Assembly (NCBI RefSeq): GCF_009914755.1
Contig: NC_060934.1
Strand: one strand, 5' to 3'
DNA: 64,000 nt
Source of the DNA: the human T2T-CHM13v2.0 reference genome, Homo sapiens
The notes beneath the pieces were generated by a model. It made no database searches, was not told the DNA's origin, and saw nothing but the letters and a program-made list of their open reading frames with translations. Within the stretch, counting starts at the first letter, position 1. Every line of letters starts with the position of its first letter. A program made the translations under genes and the position numbers. Shown here piece after piece: positions 63,294 to 64,000 of this stretch.

Positions 63294-64000
63294 ATGACAT
63301 GATCAAATTCACACATAACAATATTAACTTTAAATATAAATGGGCTAAATGCTCCAATTAAAAGACACAGACTGGCAAATTGGATAAAGAGTCAAGACCC
63401 ATCAGTGTGCTATATTCAGGAAACCCATCTCATGTGCAGAGACACACATAGGCTCAAAATAAAGGGATGGAGGAAGATCTACCAAGCAAAAGGAAAACAA
63501 AAAACGGCAGGAGTTGCAATCCTAGTCTCTGATAAAACAGACTTTAAACCAACAAACATCAAAAGAGACAAAGAAGGCCATTACATAATGGTAAAGGGAT
63601 CAATTCAACAAGAAGAGCTAACTATCCTAAATATATATGCACCCAATACAGGAGCACCCAGATTCATAAAGCAAGTCCTGAGTGACCTACAAAGAGACTT
63701 AGACTCCCACACAATAATAATGGGAGACTTTAACACCCCACTGTCAACATTAGACAGATCAATGAGACAGAAAGTTAACAAGGATACCCAGGAATTGAAC
63801 TCATCTCTGCACCAAGAGGACCTAATAGACATCTACAGAACTCTTCACCCCAAATCAACAGAATATACATTTTTTTCAGCACCACACCACACCTATTCCA
63901 AAATTGACCACATAGTTGGAAGTAAAGCACTCCCCAGCAGATGTAAAAGAACAGAAATTATAACAAATTGTCTCTCAGACCACAGTGCAATCAAACTAGA
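63294..64000 (+). pseudogene. L1 ORF2p endonuclease domain with a stop at codon 3
   Basis: ATG ACA TGA, then an open frame to the window end with LNING, QETH, IYAP, GDFN, SKIDH and SDH. Confidence 0.93.

Larger units (their letters stand above)
61099..64000 (+). mobile_element. L1PA3/L1PA4-type element with intact 5' end, continuing past the window
   Basis: Starts gggggatggagccaagatggccga (YY1 site); complete 5' UTR including the segment lost in L1PA2/HS; ORF1 at 62151, ORF2 at 63294. Confidence 0.97.

Overview
AT-rich, CpG-depleted, gene-poor primate DNA. AluY and L1PA3-type elements point to an ape or human genome, and the window reads as deep intron or gene desert. I find no supportable host protein-coding gene, RNA gene or CRISPR array. 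The ORF-track entries are transposon remnants or chance ORFs. The transposon record is dense: a full-length THE1D MaLR provirus (972-3159); MER6A inside a MIR; an end-to-end old L1MA on the minus strand lacking ORF1 (about 11170-17024); Tigger2a; MER44B carrying a THE1A solo LTR; an ERV1-type LTR carrying an L1PA3 3' end; an L1PA15/16 carrying MSTA; a tail-less Alu fused to an L1PA7 3' end inside one TSD; a Tigger5 carrying Tigger4b and THE1B; an ERVL remnant; and the first 2.9 kb of an L1PA3/4 running off the window end. The observations most worth checking are: (1) a perfect 67-bp nested palindrome at 22006-22215 built from MIR sequence; (2) the Alu-L1 chimera; (3) a 21-codon (three-heptad) duplication in L1 ORF1, in an element that also has an intact ORF0 and a 17-bp duplication in its ZNF93-bound region; (4) DUX4 motifs in the MaLR LTRs; (5) two in-frame candidate micro-exons in repeat-poor DNA; (6) an unusually CpG-rich L1PA7 fragment. 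The sequence alone does not demonstrate a new biological system. Subfamily names come from recalled consensus sequences and need Dfam/RepeatMasker confirmation. Boundaries of the old MIR/L2/MLT fragments are approximate.
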